A DNA stretch of 64,000 bases from Patescibacteria group bacterium (GCA_026397045.1 JAPLVO010000010.1:15858-79857), one strand, 5' to 3'; shown: positions 39,469 through 49,504, counted from the stretch's first letter. Made by a program: numbers and translations. The notes: generated by a model not told the origin, from the sequence alone.

Positions 39469-39889
39469 TCTCGGAACTAAGCTAGCCAAATTAATCCATC
39501 CGCCAATTCTTATTGAATTAGTCGGTGATCTTGGCGGTGGAAAGACCGCACTCGTAAAGGCAATTGCCAAAGGCCTAGGTATAACTCAGACAGTCACTAG
39601 CCCTACATTTAATATTCATCGGGGTTACGAAGCACCCTCTGGAATTCGCTTAGAGCACTTCGACCTGTACAGATTAAACGACGATGAAATCGTAGAAAAC
39701 GAACTGCAAGATAGTCTTGCCAGCTCAAATACGATAGTCTGTACCGAATGGGCTAATCATTTCAGTAAGAATATGGCAGAAGATAGGCTAATGTTGGAGT
39801 GCCACTATATAGACGATAATACGCGGCGCTATGACTTTACCTCAACCGGGCCGATATCTTCCAAGATAATAAACGGACTTAAGCAATGA
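39404..39889 (+). CDS. tsaE: tRNA threonylcarbamoyladenosine biosynthesis protein TsaE
   Basis: P-loop in ELVGDLGGGKTALVKAIAKGLG; TsaE/YjeE family. The called start overlaps the 3' end of the preceding gene by 65 nt, so the true start may lie downstream. Confidence 0.7.
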   Translation: MEYMNTEQKFSFNSKNLDQSFNLGTKLAKLIHPPILIELVGDLGGGKTALVKAIAKGLGITQTVTSPTFNIHRGYEAPSGIRLEHFDLYRLNDDEIVENELQDSLASSNTIVCTEWANHFSKNMAEDRLMLECHYIDDNTRRYDFTSTGPISSKIINGLKQ

Positions 39890-40278
39890 TACTGGCGCTA
39901 AGATCCGACAAGCCAGAGGCAGAGCTATATCTATTTGATGATGGCAAAAAAATAGCTGAAATAAAATGGGAGGCTCATCGCGAGCTTGCCGATACAATAC
40001 TAGGCAAGATAAAAGAAATTTTAGTAAATAATAATATCGCTGATAAAGATATAACCGGAATTATCATGCATACTGGCGAAGGGTCTTTTACTGGGCTGCG
40101 CATCGGAACGACTGTGGCCAATGCTATGTCCTATAGTTTGGGTGTTCCAATCGTTGAGGCAGAAGGCGACAATTGGATAAATGAGGGCCTCGGCAAAATT
40201 ACAAGCTCAAAGCCAGGGAATTTAGTAGTACCAAAGTATAACGCCGAACCAAATATCTCTCAGCCCAAAGACTCTTAA
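39886..40278 (+). CDS. tsaB: TsaB (YeaZ)-like protein, short form
   Basis: MILALRSD...TGEGSFTGLRIGTTVANAMSYSLGVP matches the TsaB N-terminal domain. Only 130 aa. Confidence 0.55.
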   Translation: MILALRSDKPEAELYLFDDGKKIAEIKWEAHRELADTILGKIKEILVNNNIADKDITGIIMHTGEGSFTGLRIGTTVANAMSYSLGVPIVEAEGDNWINEGLGKITSSKPGNLVVPKYNAEPNISQPKDS

Positions 40279-40399
40279 GCTTGAATATAGGCCCAAATAG
40301 TTGTTAAATAGTAGTAGTCTTATATTGTTATTTAGAATTTAATTTTAGAAAATCAGTTTTTACTTTAATACGGGTGAAAACAACTACTTAGAAAGGTAG

Positions 40400-41923
40400 G
40401 TGTTTATGGAAATACTCTTTGCAGTACTTGCCTTAGCTATAGGTGGGGGAGCTGGCTATGGTGCTAATTCCTATATCTCAAAACAAAAAGCTTCTGATGC
40501 AGACTCAAAAGCCAAGAAGCTTTTAGACGATGCCAAGGAAGAAGCAAAAAATAAAGTTTTAGATGCCCAGCAAGAGGCTGTCAAAATTAATGGTGAATTG
40601 AAACAAGAAGAACGCGAAAGGCGTAATAAAATTGATGCTTCAGAAAAGCGCGTAGCCGACCGTGAGACGCTATTAGATAATAAGCTCGATCAAATAGAGA
40701 AACGCACTGAAGCTCTGGGTAGATCCGAAAAAGAGATTGAAGCTATTAAAGAAGAGATTCGGGCAATTAGAACTCGCCAAGAAAATAATTTAGAAAAAAT
40801 AGCCAAGCTTAAAAAAGAAGATGCTCAAAAGAAACTTATGGAAATGACCGAGCGCGATATTAAAAATGATTTAGTAGAATACATAGAGAAAAGAAAGCGC
40901 GATGCGACTGAAAATGCTGATGAAATAGCCAAGGACATTATGTCTCAGGCAATGGAGCGTCTGGCTACAGGCACAGCATCGGAGCGCACAATTAGCACAG
41001 TGGCAATACCAAACGATGGCGATAAGGGGAAGATTATCGGTAAGGAAGGTCGTAACATTCAGACCCTTGAGCGCCTCACGGGGGTAGAGATTATTATAGA
41101 TGAAAGCCCAGGGGTAATTACTATTTCTGGCTTTAATCCTATTCGCCGCCAGGTTGCCAAAAAGGCCTTAGAGGCGCTTGTTAAGGACGGCCGAATCCAC
41201 CCAGCCAAGATAGAAGAAACTGTCGAAAAGGCTCAGAGAGAAATCGACGAAGAGGTGAAGGTTGCCGGGGAACAGGCTGCCCGTGAAGCTAAGGTACTAG
41301 GGCTGCCATCAGAAATATCAAAGACTATGGGAATGCTAAAGTTCCGCACTAGCTATAGCCAAAATGTATTGCACCACTCTGTCGAAATGGCCCACTTAGC
41401 CGCAATGATTGCCGAAGAAATCGGCGCCGATGTACAGGTATCTCGCACAGCTGCATTTTTGCATGATCTTGGTAAGGCAGTTAGCCATGAAGTAGAAGGC
41501 AAACACCACCATATCACTGGCGATATGATGCGCAAGGCCGGTTTCGATGAAGCCACCACCCATGCGGCCGAAGCGCACCATGATGATATAGAGGCTACTA
41601 CGTCAGAAGCTCTGATAGTCAGAGTAGTCGATGCATTAAGTGGCGGTCGGCCAGGAGCCAGGGGCGATAAGCTAGAAAACTATGTAAAACGCATGACTGA
41701 TTTAGAAAATGTCGCAAATGCGTTTAGTGGAATCAAAAAAAGCTATGCGATAAGTGCCGGTAGAGAGATTCGAGTATTTGTGGATCCCGAGGAGATAGAT
41801 GATCTCTCGGCCATAAAATTGGCTCGTGATGTAGCCACTAAGATTGAGGCATCCCTAAAGTACCCGGGAACAATTAAGGTAAATGTAATTCGTGAAACTA
41901 GAGCAGAGGAGTACGCAAAATAA
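40400..41923 (+). CDS. rny: Ribonuclease Y
   Basis: N-terminal TM, long coiled coil, KH domain (IIGKEGRNIQTLERLTGV) and HD domain (HSVEMAHLAAMIAEEIG...HDLGK). Confidence 0.85.
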   Translation: MFMEILFAVLALAIGGGAGYGANSYISKQKASDADSKAKKLLDDAKEEAKNKVLDAQQEAVKINGELKQEERERRNKIDASEKRVADRETLLDNKLDQIEKRTEALGRSEKEIEAIKEEIRAIRTRQENNLEKIAKLKKEDAQKKLMEMTERDIKNDLVEYIEKRKRDATENADEIAKDIMSQAMERLATGTASERTISTVAIPNDGDKGKIIGKEGRNIQTLERLTGVEIIIDESPGVITISGFNPIRRQVAKKALEALVKDGRIHPAKIEETVEKAQREIDEEVKVAGEQAAREAKVLGLPSEISKTMGMLKFRTSYSQNVLHHSVEMAHLAAMIAEEIGADVQVSRTAAFLHDLGKAVSHEVEGKHHHITGDMMRKAGFDEATTHAAEAHHDDIEATTSEALIVRVVDALSGGRPGARGDKLENYVKRMTDLENVANAFSGIKKSYAISAGREIRVFVDPEEIDDLSAIKLARDVATKIEASLKYPGTIKVNVIRETRAEEYAK

Positions 41924-41969
41924 TGAAAATATCACAAGAAGAAATTAGAAATAATAGAAGACTAAAAAT

Positions 41970-42764
41970 ATGAAAATTTTATATATCGGCGACATAGTCG
42001 CAAAAATAGGTAGGCGAGCAGTTGGGCAAGTATTGCCAAAGCTAAAAGAAGAAAGGCAAATCGATTTTGTAATTGCACAATCCGAGAATATGAGCACCGG
42101 TAATGGCATAACTAAAAAATCCATTAAGGAAATGAAGGATGCAGGAGTGGATTTCTTTAGCGGTGGAAACCATAGCTTCAAAAAGCCTGAAGGTGTGGAT
42201 ATGCTCAATGATCCAAGCGAGCCGATAATACGCCCCGCAAACTATCCTGGCAAAACTCCGGGTCGAGGTTGGAAGATTGCCGAAACACCATTTGGCCGAA
42301 TATTAGTCATCAATTTGCTTGGCCAAACTTTTAATGGCCCACAATTAGACCACCCCCTAAAAGTAGTAGATGCAATACTCGAAGAAAATAAACATGAAAA
42401 GCTAGCTGCCACCATAGTTGATTTACATGCTGACTTAACATCTGAAAAAGTGGCGATTGGATTTTACCTAGATGGTCGAGTCAGTGGTGTGGTTGGTAGC
42501 CACATTCATGTAAGCACCGCCGATGCAAAAGTTCTGCCGGGCGGAACTGCGCATATTAGCGATGTCGGTATGACAGGCCCAATAGATTCCGTACTTGGCG
42601 TTAAAAAAGAAATTATAATCGAAAAGTGGCTCAATCAATTGCCAAACAGATTTGATTGGCCTAAAACCGGTATCGTGCAATTTAGCTCTGTACTAATTGA
42701 TGTCGGTAGCGATGGCAAAGCTAGGAGTATTGAACAGATATTAATTAGTACTGAGGTAAATTAA
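41970..42764 (+). CDS. ymdB: YmdB-like metallophosphoesterase (TIGR00282 family, 2',3'-cyclic-nucleotide phosphodiesterase)
   Basis: MKILYIGDIVAKIGRRAV and GNHSF motifs. The conserved rny-ymdB gene order supports the call. Confidence 0.75.
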   Translation: MKILYIGDIVAKIGRRAVGQVLPKLKEERQIDFVIAQSENMSTGNGITKKSIKEMKDAGVDFFSGGNHSFKKPEGVDMLNDPSEPIIRPANYPGKTPGRGWKIAETPFGRILVINLLGQTFNGPQLDHPLKVVDAILEENKHEKLAATIVDLHADLTSEKVAIGFYLDGRVSGVVGSHIHVSTADAKVLPGGTAHISDVGMTGPIDSVLGVKKEIIIEKWLNQLPNRFDWPKTGIVQFSSVLIDVGSDGKARSIEQILISTEVN

Positions 42765-43045
42765 TGATAAAGCCCGAGCTAATACAGGCCATAGCCAATA
42801 AAACTAAGATGCCTAAAAAGCAGATAGAAGTAGTTATCGACACTATGGTTGAAACCATCACAACAGAAGTTAAAGACGGCCACAAGGTGCTGATTAGTGG
42901 CTTTGGCTTATTTTACTCGGCCAATCGAAAGTCTCGTAATGGGATTAACCCCGTCACTAAGGCACCTATACGAATAAAAAGTATGCAGATGCCTAAATTT
43001 AGGGCTGGGGAGCGTTTCAAAAGAGTTGTCCGAAGCAAAAGTTAG
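42764..43045 (+). CDS. hup: HU/IHF family nucleoid-associated DNA-binding protein
   Basis: MIKPELIQAIANKT...GFGLFYSANRKSRNGINPVTKAPIRI is the HU arm motif region. Confidence 0.8.
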   Translation: MIKPELIQAIANKTKMPKKQIEVVIDTMVETITTEVKDGHKVLISGFGLFYSANRKSRNGINPVTKAPIRIKSMQMPKFRAGERFKRVVRSKS

Positions 43046-43084
43046 GCCTGTTTATTATAAGCCCTAGGCTATATAATACTAGAT

Positions 43085-44341
43085 ATGAAATACTCTTTTG
43101 TAGACGAAAAAGTAGTTAATAAAATAAATGCTAGCCGAAACCGAAAGTTAGATATATTTAGGGATTCCGAACCAGCGCAGAAAGGGTTTTTGCTGCTTGC
43201 TCTACCCAAGCAAACAGCCCATAAGATTATTAACGATCTTGATAACAGAGAGATCCTGGATATCATAGGTACCTTAGACCCAAACAAATCCACTCGATTA
43301 TTGCATGAACTATCTTCCACAAGAGCTCGCCATATTATTGAAAAGCTTAAAGCTGAAGACAAAGAGAAAATCGACTTATTGCTCAGCTTCAGCCCTAAGA
43401 CCGCAGCTGGGCTTATGGGCCTTGACTACATTATCGCCTCACCGAGTATGCATTTCAGCGATCTATCCATCGATTTAGCAGCCCATGAAAAAGCAACTGG
43501 AAGGTTCCCTTCCATATTTGTTGTCGAGAACGGTAGCTTGGTAGGAGAGATACCTGGCCATATATTATCTCAGCATCCTGGGAGCGAGAAGGTAGGCCAG
43601 TATGCCACTCGAGTGCCTCACATCAAGTATGATATTGATGAGCATAAAGTTATCGATACCTTCCTCAAACACCCACACGATAAAGTAGTAGTACTGGGCG
43701 ATAAAGAAGATATCATTGGTGTCATAAACTCCAATGATCTACTCAGCTTGCTAGACAAAAAGCGAGCCAGTGATATTTATGGACTGGCGGGAGTTAGCAA
43801 TGATGAGGCTGCCATGGATACTGTATTTAGTAAAGTAAGGCACAGGTGGCTCTGGCTTATACTGAATCTTGGGACGGCATTTTTGGCGGCTTCGATAGTA
43901 GGTATGTTCGAGGGCACTATAGCTCAGATAACTCTTTTAGCAGTATATATGCCAATTGTTGCAGGCATGGGGGGCAATGCCGCCACTCAAACCCTTGCTG
44001 TGACAGTTCGCGGAATTGTTATGCACGAAGTATCGCTTGCTAGCTGCGGAGTCTTTATAGGCCGTGAAATAGCCGCAGGGGTTATAAATGGAGCAATTAA
44101 CGGAACCTTAGTGGCACTTGTTGCTATCCTACTAAATAAAAACCCCATGCTTGGGTTTGTATTGGCTGTTGCGATGATTTGTAATTTGTTTATTGCGGCT
44201 TTTGCTGGCGCGCTAATACCTCTGATAATGAAGAAGCTCGGCAAGGACCCTGCAACATCTGCGACAATCCTAATTACAACATGCACTGATGTCGGCGGTT
44301 TCTTCATATTCCTTAGCTTAGCAAAGGTATTTTTGACATAA
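43085..44341 (+). CDS. mgtE: Magnesium transporter MgtE
   Basis: N-terminal MgtE-N domain, CBS pair, then a TM domain carrying PIVAGMGGNAATQT. Confidence 0.8.
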   Translation: MKYSFVDEKVVNKINASRNRKLDIFRDSEPAQKGFLLLALPKQTAHKIINDLDNREILDIIGTLDPNKSTRLLHELSSTRARHIIEKLKAEDKEKIDLLLSFSPKTAAGLMGLDYIIASPSMHFSDLSIDLAAHEKATGRFPSIFVVENGSLVGEIPGHILSQHPGSEKVGQYATRVPHIKYDIDEHKVIDTFLKHPHDKVVVLGDKEDIIGVINSNDLLSLLDKKRASDIYGLAGVSNDEAAMDTVFSKVRHRWLWLILNLGTAFLAASIVGMFEGTIAQITLLAVYMPIVAGMGGNAATQTLAVTVRGIVMHEVSLASCGVFIGREIAAGVINGAINGTLVALVAILLNKNPMLGFVLAVAMICNLFIAAFAGALIPLIMKKLGKDPATSATILITTCTDVGGFFIFLSLAKVFLT

Positions 44342-44358
44342 ATAGTAAGGAGTAATAG

Positions 44359-45438
44359 ATGGCGGACAATAAGACAAGAAACAAACCAAACACAAAAACT
44401 GAAGATACCAGTAAAAATCTTCAAGACACAAACGACACCGCTGCTAGCCTAAAAGTGCAAACAAACGCCGAAGAAGTGGATCCTCAAATATCCAAACCCA
44501 AGGTAAGATTGTACAAGAAATTTTCGTTTTGGCTTATACTTATTTCGGCTATTGTATTACTGGGCTTAGTAGCATTGGGTGGAATCTATATATCCAACCA
44601 AAATAACAACAAAAAGCTGATCAAAGAAGGGTGGGGTTCTATAGTTCGAAAATCTGAATCACTCGTATCGCTCTCTGAAAAGGTCCAGGACAAAGAAACA
44701 TTTGAGAACTACATTATCGAGCTAAAAAATCTTACCTTTCTGGTCTCCGATAGCAAGCTAGCTGCTGAAAAGCTAAAACAAGGAGCCCAGGACGCCCAGC
44801 TGTATAAAATATTTTTGAATGATTTTTATGCCTATACTACCGACAGTCTGGACCATGCCAATAGAATTAACGATTTCACGGACTCCAATGCCGAAGCCCT
44901 AAAAGCTAACTCCTTAATTTCTAAGGACTCTTCAGAAACTCTAAAAAATAGCACGAAGTATCTTACCGAGTCTATGCCCGATGGTGCGTTTGATATTCAG
45001 TCTCTGCTTTCCAGAATAAGCAAAGTATTGCTGGTAAAAGATCTAGCTATAAAATCAAAAGAGCTAGCTGAACAAGATAAGTCTGCCAAAGACATGGCTG
45101 ATAAGAAACTTGTCGAGGCTTCCATAGACGGTTATATGAGCAACTTTTTAATAGGCAACGCAGCTAAAATTCGTCAGTACATGACCGAAGAGTATCAAAA
45201 AGAGTTTGACTTTAACCAGCTCACCGCACAGGCTCGTGAGTATAGCTACCCCTCTGGTTTTAGGGTGCTATCAACTCAAAAATCTGATGGTGGTAAATAC
45301 AAGAGCGAGGCAAACATCATTTATAAGCTAAGGGATGGGTCAAGTCAGTACACCGTCGGCAACGAGATAAATTTGGTCTATAATGCTGATACTGCTAGCT
45401 GGCTAGTAAATAGCATCAGAGAATCTAGCGGGTATTAA
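44359..45438 (+). CDS. Hypothetical membrane-anchored protein
   Basis: ORF of 359 aa with a single N-terminal TM helix (FWLILISAIVLLGLVALGGIYI). Confidence 0.3.
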   Translation: MADNKTRNKPNTKTEDTSKNLQDTNDTAASLKVQTNAEEVDPQISKPKVRLYKKFSFWLILISAIVLLGLVALGGIYISNQNNNKKLIKEGWGSIVRKSESLVSLSEKVQDKETFENYIIELKNLTFLVSDSKLAAEKLKQGAQDAQLYKIFLNDFYAYTTDSLDHANRINDFTDSNAEALKANSLISKDSSETLKNSTKYLTESMPDGAFDIQSLLSRISKVLLVKDLAIKSKELAEQDKSAKDMADKKLVEASIDGYMSNFLIGNAAKIRQYMTEEYQKEFDFNQLTAQAREYSYPSGFRVLSTQKSDGGKYKSEANIIYKLRDGSSQYTVGNEINLVYNADTASWLVNSIRESSGY

Positions 45439-45512
45439 CACCTGGCTTCAGCCTAAAGACATAATAATAACCCCCATTAAAAAATGCCAGCTTTACTGGC
45501 ATCTTTTAATGG

Positions 45513-45587
45513 GGCGAGTGATGGGGCTTGAACCCACGACCTCCTGGACCACAACCAGGCGCTCTAACCAACTGAGCTACACCCGCC
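45513..45587 (-). tRNA. tRNA-His (anticodon GTG) with an encoded G at position -1. CCA is encoded at 45510-45512.
   Basis: Reverse complement: g-gcgggtgtagctcagttggttagagcgcctggttGTGgtccaggaggtcgtgggttcaagccccatcactcgc-c-cca. G-1 pairs with C73, a His identity element. Confidence 0.8.
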
Positions 45588-45623
45588 ACGGCGTCAGACA
45601 ACTACTTTGAAAATACTTTATGG

Positions 45624-45697
<74 letters not shown>

Positions 45698-45759
45698 TTA
45701 CATAGTTATTATACCCCAGATATAAATTAATCCCGGCAAGCGGGATAAATTTTTCATGG

Positions 45760-45831
45760 AGCGGGTAGCGGGGATCAAACCCGCATCTCCTGCTTGGAAG
45801 GCAGGAATAATAATCATTATACGATACCCGC
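45760..45831 (-). tRNA. tRNA-Gly (anticodon TCC). CCA is encoded at 45757-45759.
   Basis: Reverse complement: gcgggtatcgtataatgattattattcctgcctTCCaagcaggagatgcgggtttgatccccgctacccgc-t-cca. It has a U73 discriminator and a short D arm that closely resemble E. coli tRNA-Gly(UCC). Confidence 0.8.
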
Positions 45832-46055
45832 AAACAGAAGTGACGCACGAATGCGTCACTTACTGGATCAAATTGATTATTTCTACCAATTTGGGATATG
45901 AAAAGAAATAAAAGGTACAAGGACTAAAAATAAGCGCCTATAGTTAAAAAATTATATACTATTTATGAACTTACCGCAATATTACAGTTAGTAAGCAGAT
46001 CATTATTGTTAAAATTGTGTCATAATGGTATCAATAAATAATAACGAAAGGAAGT

Positions 46056-46445
46056 ATGAATAAATTAAAAAAATTAGCGGCAGTTATCACGGCACTAGCG
46101 AGCACTTTGCCAGTTTCTGCATTTGCTCAGGACGGATATGTATCTAGCTCATTATCGGATAATGCCCAACAAAATTCTGTTGGAGCAACAGGGGCGTTTT
46201 TATTATTCTTTATTGTACTATATGGAATATTTATTATTATTGGGATGGTACTATTCGTATTCTGGATTTTTATGTTGGTAGATGTATTCAAAAGAACCAA
46301 CTGGAAACAGGAAAACGATAAAACACTCTGGATTTTATTAGTTATATTGCTTTACCCAATAGGCTCAATTTTATATTTCTTCTTAGTAAAGAGAAAACTC
46401 GATAATAACAAAAACACCCTTACCGCCCCTCCAAGTGCGACCTAA
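46056..46445 (+). CDS. Small hypothetical membrane protein with a signal peptide
   Basis: 129-aa ORF sitting between two divergent tRNA clusters. Signal peptide plus 2 TM helices. Confidence 0.3.
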   Translation: MNKLKKLAAVITALASTLPVSAFAQDGYVSSSLSDNAQQNSVGATGAFLLFFIVLYGIFIIIGMVLFVFWIFMLVDVFKRTNWKQENDKTLWILLVILLYPIGSILYFFLVKRKLDNNKNTLTAPPSAT

Positions 46446-46566
46446 GTATATTAAAATACGAAAATATTTCAGCTACCAATTGCTAGCCGCTACAAAGCAC
46501 GGCCCCATACGGAATAGTTTTACTGGTAGATTGTTTCGCTTCTATATGCTAAAATAACCAAGATTA

Positions 46567-46640
46567 GCGCCCTTAGCTCAGCTGGATAGAGCGTCTGACT
46601 TCGGATCAGAAGGCCGGGGGTTCGAATCCCTCAGGGCGCA
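46567..46640 (+). tRNA. tRNA-Arg (anticodon TCG). CCA is encoded at 46641-46643.
   Basis: gcgcccttagctcagctggatagagcgtctgactTCGgatcagaaggccgggggttcgaatccctcagggcgc-a-cca. Stem tctga/tcaga, loop ctTCGga. Confidence 0.7.
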
Positions 46641-46673
46641 CCATAAAGTATTTTCAAAGTAGTTGTCTGACGA

Positions 46674-46747
46674 GGGCCAGTAGCTCAGTTGGTTAGAGCG
46701 GCTGCCTCTTAAGCAGCATGTCGCGGGTTCGAATCCCGCCTGGCCCT
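46674..46747 (+). tRNA. tRNA-Lys (anticodon CTT). CCA is encoded at 46748-46750.
   Basis: gggccagtagctcagttggttagagcggctgcctCTTaagcagcatgtcgcgggttcgaatcccgcctggccc-t-cca. Confidence 0.8.
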
Positions 46748-46849
46748 CCATAGTGTTTGCCTTCCTTTGCGATGGAACAAACCAGATTCTATATTCTGCT
46801 TGTTGCATCGAGGGGAAGACAAGTTAAGCTTACGAAAGCGATTTGGCAA

Positions 46850-46923
46850 CGGGGTGTGGCGCAGTTGGCTAGCGCGCGTCGTTTGGGACGATGAGGTCGA
46901 AGGTTCGAGTCCTTTCACCCCGA
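46850..46923 (+). tRNA. tRNA-Pro (anticodon TGG). CCA is encoded at 46924-46926.
   Basis: cggggtgtggcgcagttggctagcgcgcgtcgttTGGgacgatgaggtcgaaggttcgagtcctttcaccccg-a-cca. G37 fits Pro. Confidence 0.75.
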
Positions 46924-46934
46924 CCATAAAAAAT

Positions 46935-46962
46935 ACTCCAGCTTGTCTGGAGTCTTTTTTAT
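46935..46962 (+). terminator. Rho-independent terminator after the tRNA-Pro gene
   Basis: 7-bp stem actccag/ctggagt with loop cttgt, followed by CTTTTTTAT. Confidence 0.7.
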
Positions 46963-47019
46963 GACCAGAGAAAGGACGAGAAACCCAAAGGTTTGGTGCA
47001 CGAGGCAGCAAGAGCAGCT

Positions 47020-47571
47020 TTAGCTGCTTTTAAGTTTGGTAGCTAGCCCCTTGCGTAGCTTGGTGTTCTCGAGCAGTGCATCGATACTGCATATTATTCC
47101 AAAGCCCAGGCCACTGATTATTAGCAGAGTGGTCGTACCCGACACCGTAAATACCACCAGTGCTAAAAAGGCATACAGGCTAGCCAATAAAAAATAGCTT
47201 AAATTAAATTTGTATATCACGGCAATAATTATCATCGCTACTGCACAGGTTGCTGGCCAGCCCGCAAAGCCATTACCGATTACTGGCGCTAGGCCTTGAT
47301 ATTCAAAATAATTAAACACAAAGCCAGGCAGCACTATTACTAGCAGCCAAAGGGCCTGTATCAGCTTGGTCTTATTATCACCAAAGCCTCCTAGCTTTAG
47401 CTGAACTACCAGCGCAATCGTTATTAGAATTGCCCAAATTGTAAAAAACTGTACTGTATTTTGAAATGTTATAACACTAATAAAATATCCAAGCGACAAT
47501 GTAGCCGCCCAGGTGAATAGTATTATTTGATAGTTGTTCAGTTTTTTGGCTTGCTTGGTGATTTTTTTCAT
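47020..47571 (-). CDS. Hypothetical integral membrane protein
   Basis: ORF of 183 aa with about 6 TM helices. Confidence 0.3.
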   Translation of the reverse strand: MKKITKQAKKLNNYQIILFTWAATLSLGYFISVITFQNTVQFFTIWAILITIALVVQLKLGGFGDNKTKLIQALWLLVIVLPGFVFNYFEYQGLAPVIGNGFAGWPATCAVAMIIIAVIYKFNLSYFLLASLYAFLALVVFTVSGTTTLLIISGLGFGIICSIDALLENTKLRKGLATKLKSS

Positions 47572-47779
47572 AACACCAGTATAGCAGATATAAACATAAG
47601 TTAATTTAATGAATTACTAAAACAATAAAATAATCATGAATTATGCGCCATAATAGTCACGCAGTAGAGTCAGCTTATTATCCATTAGTAACCCATTTAA
47701 GCCCACTGTCTGCTTTCCCCCATACCAAATACTGTATTACTTAATTAATCCTAAGTAGGCCAATGATGATAATTACCTC

Positions 47780-48058
47780 TTAGGCCACCCAGGCAACTTG
47801 GGCTGTGATTATTGCTAAGTCCTTGTGCTTAAGGCCATACCATAGCCATATAGAGGTAGCGATAAGATAGGCCACCCAGGATATTATAGATACACCCTTT
47901 TCTTGCAAAATCCATATAGAGTACACCTGAGGTATAGTCAGTAAGGGCCCAATAGTAATTGCGAAATAAATTAATTTATCAACTTCAGATTTTTTATTCT
48001 TGTTTTTGTTTTTATTCTTATTCTTTTTTGAATACGCGCGTATTTTGTGTATAGACAT
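47780..48058 (-). CDS. Small hypothetical membrane protein with a (KN)n low-complexity N-terminus
   Basis: 92 aa. KNKNKNKNKNKK, then 2 TM helices. Confidence 0.25.
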   Translation of the reverse strand: MSIHKIRAYSKKNKNKNKNKNKKSEVDKLIYFAITIGPLLTIPQVYSIWILQEKGVSIISWVAYLIATSIWLWYGLKHKDLAIITAQVAWVA

Positions 48059-48164
48059 AGACTATATTTTATCAAACAACTAGGCTTATTAGTAGTTATT
48101 TATACCTACTAGCTGTTGGGTGCTGCTTTCACTTAACAATCTTATGCTATATAATATTAAAAAA

Positions 48165-48764
48165 ATGCAGTACACAATTAATTCAGCTCCTTCTCATAGA
48201 GTAAGAACTAGAAGAAACCGATGGGCGTTCGCAGTTATTGGTTTATTTCTGCTCATTTTGGGAGTTTATTTATCCATTCTATTAATTACGCCTAAAATCC
48301 AGAAGAAGTCACCTCAGCAGATCCAGAAGTCTGCTAGCGAACTACCGGTTTACGACAAGAATACTATATTTATACCGTCAGTAGGTGTCCAGTCCGAAAT
48401 AGGCCAGGGTGGGCCGGGTGTTTTAGATAAGGGCTTAGCCTGGAATCGACTCCCCGAGCAGGGTAACCCAATTAAAGGCGGCAATATGATAATTACTGGC
48501 CATAGTTTTGTATGGGGCTACGACCCATCGCAGGTTACAAAAAGATCCATTTTCTATGACCTTAAAAATGCCAAAGTTGGCGGTGATGTACTAATAAATT
48601 GGTATGGCAAACAGTATAAATATACTATTACTAAAGTAAAGACAGTTAAACCCAGCTCTGTTGAAATTGAAAATCAAAGTAGTGAACCAATGCTCACTAT
48701 CTACACCTGCACCTTGGGAGGGTCGGCCGATGGCAGGGTAGTAGTAATCGCTAAGCCCAGTTAG
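48165..48764 (+). CDS. Sortase family transpeptidase (second copy)
   Basis: N-terminal TM anchor. His in ITGHSFVW. TLxTC-type active site LTIYTCTLGG. The ORF may begin at 48120. Confidence 0.55.
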   Translation: MQYTINSAPSHRVRTRRNRWAFAVIGLFLLILGVYLSILLITPKIQKKSPQQIQKSASELPVYDKNTIFIPSVGVQSEIGQGGPGVLDKGLAWNRLPEQGNPIKGGNMIITGHSFVWGYDPSQVTKRSIFYDLKNAKVGGDVLINWYGKQYKYTITKVKTVKPSSVEIENQSSEPMLTIYTCTLGGSADGRVVVIAKPS

Positions 48765-48805
48765 TTATGGGTGACATATCTTGATAATAATAGTATAAAT
48801 AGTAT

Positions 48806-49027
48806 ATGGATTTAAATTTAATAGTTCAAAATAATATATGGTGGCTTATTGTTATATACATTTGGGCAACTGCCTGGAAGGCATGGGCACTTTGGATTGC
48901 CGCTAAAAAAGACCAGAAAGTATGGTTCTTGGTTTTTATAATAGTTAGTACTGCAGGCATTCTAGAAATATTTTATATATTCTATTTTAGCAAGCAAGAT
49001 AAGAGCACTATAAAGGCCAATAAGTAG
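48806..49027 (+). CDS. Small hypothetical membrane protein
   Basis: 73 aa with 2 TM helices. Confidence 0.25.
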   Translation: MDLNLIVQNNIWWLIVIYIWATAWKAWALWIAAKKDQKVWFLVFIIVSTAGILEIFYIFYFSKQDKSTIKANK

Positions 49028-49033
49028 CTTGCT

Positions 49034-49504
49034 CTACCACCCCTCTGTCTGATAAACCGCCGAGACAAGTACGCTGGTTGGCCGACCTTTGCAGGTCGTA
49101 CCCTTTATAGACATTTGTATCTCACTCCATTTATCATTTGGTCTGCTCGCAGTCATGTGATTAAGAGAGTTAGATATCATATCCTCAAGGCCTTTTTGTG
49201 TATTGCTATGATGCTCTACAAAGAGGCCTTTTTTAGTGCTAGCTTCTTGAACCCAGCCTATGCCAACCCACATCTCTTGGCCGGCGGTTGAGCTGCGGAC
49301 TTCAGATATTACAACATAAAGCTTGCTACCGAAATCTTTTGGCGTAAAAGAAGGCTTTTCGAATACGATATTGCTACCAGGCGGAATTACGGAGCTTAGA
49401 CAGATCAGGTTCTGATCTCCAATGCCAGCACTCATTAGGGCTGAATCAAAGGCCGACAGTTCAGTGGGGCCAGTGCCACTGCCTTTTGTGATTTGTATAT
49501 TCAT
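49034..49504 (-). CDS. pdaD: Pyruvoyl-dependent arginine decarboxylase (PdaD/AaxB family)
   Basis: GSGTGPTELSAFDSALMSAGIGDQNLICLSSVIPPGSNIV aligns with the archaeal PdaD region [29 protein letters not shown]. That alignment includes the Ser-Ser self-cleavage site, which generates the pyruvoyl group. About 156 aa, matching the family size. Confidence 0.7.
   Translation of the reverse strand: MNIQITKGSGTGPTELSAFDSALMSAGIGDQNLICLSSVIPPGSNIVFEKPSFTPKDFGSKLYVVISEVRSSTAGQEMWVGIGWVQEASTKKGLFVEHHSNTQKGLEDMISNSLNHMTASRPNDKWSEIQMSIKGTTCKGRPTSVLVSAVYQTEGW

Noticed and set aside
46578-47011. Minus-strand ORFs of 76 and 100 aa and a plus-strand ORF of 65 aa overlapping the Arg-Lys-Pro tRNA cluster
   Set aside because: They overlap three confidently folded tRNA genes and a terminator. 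GC-rich tRNA DNA commonly yields spurious open frames.
47960-48040. AT-rich repetitive DNA (ttattcttgtttttgtttttattcttattc)
   Set aside because: It is simply the coding sequence for a (KN)n low-complexity N-terminus of a small minus-strand ORF. This is not a CRISPR array or a satellite repeat.
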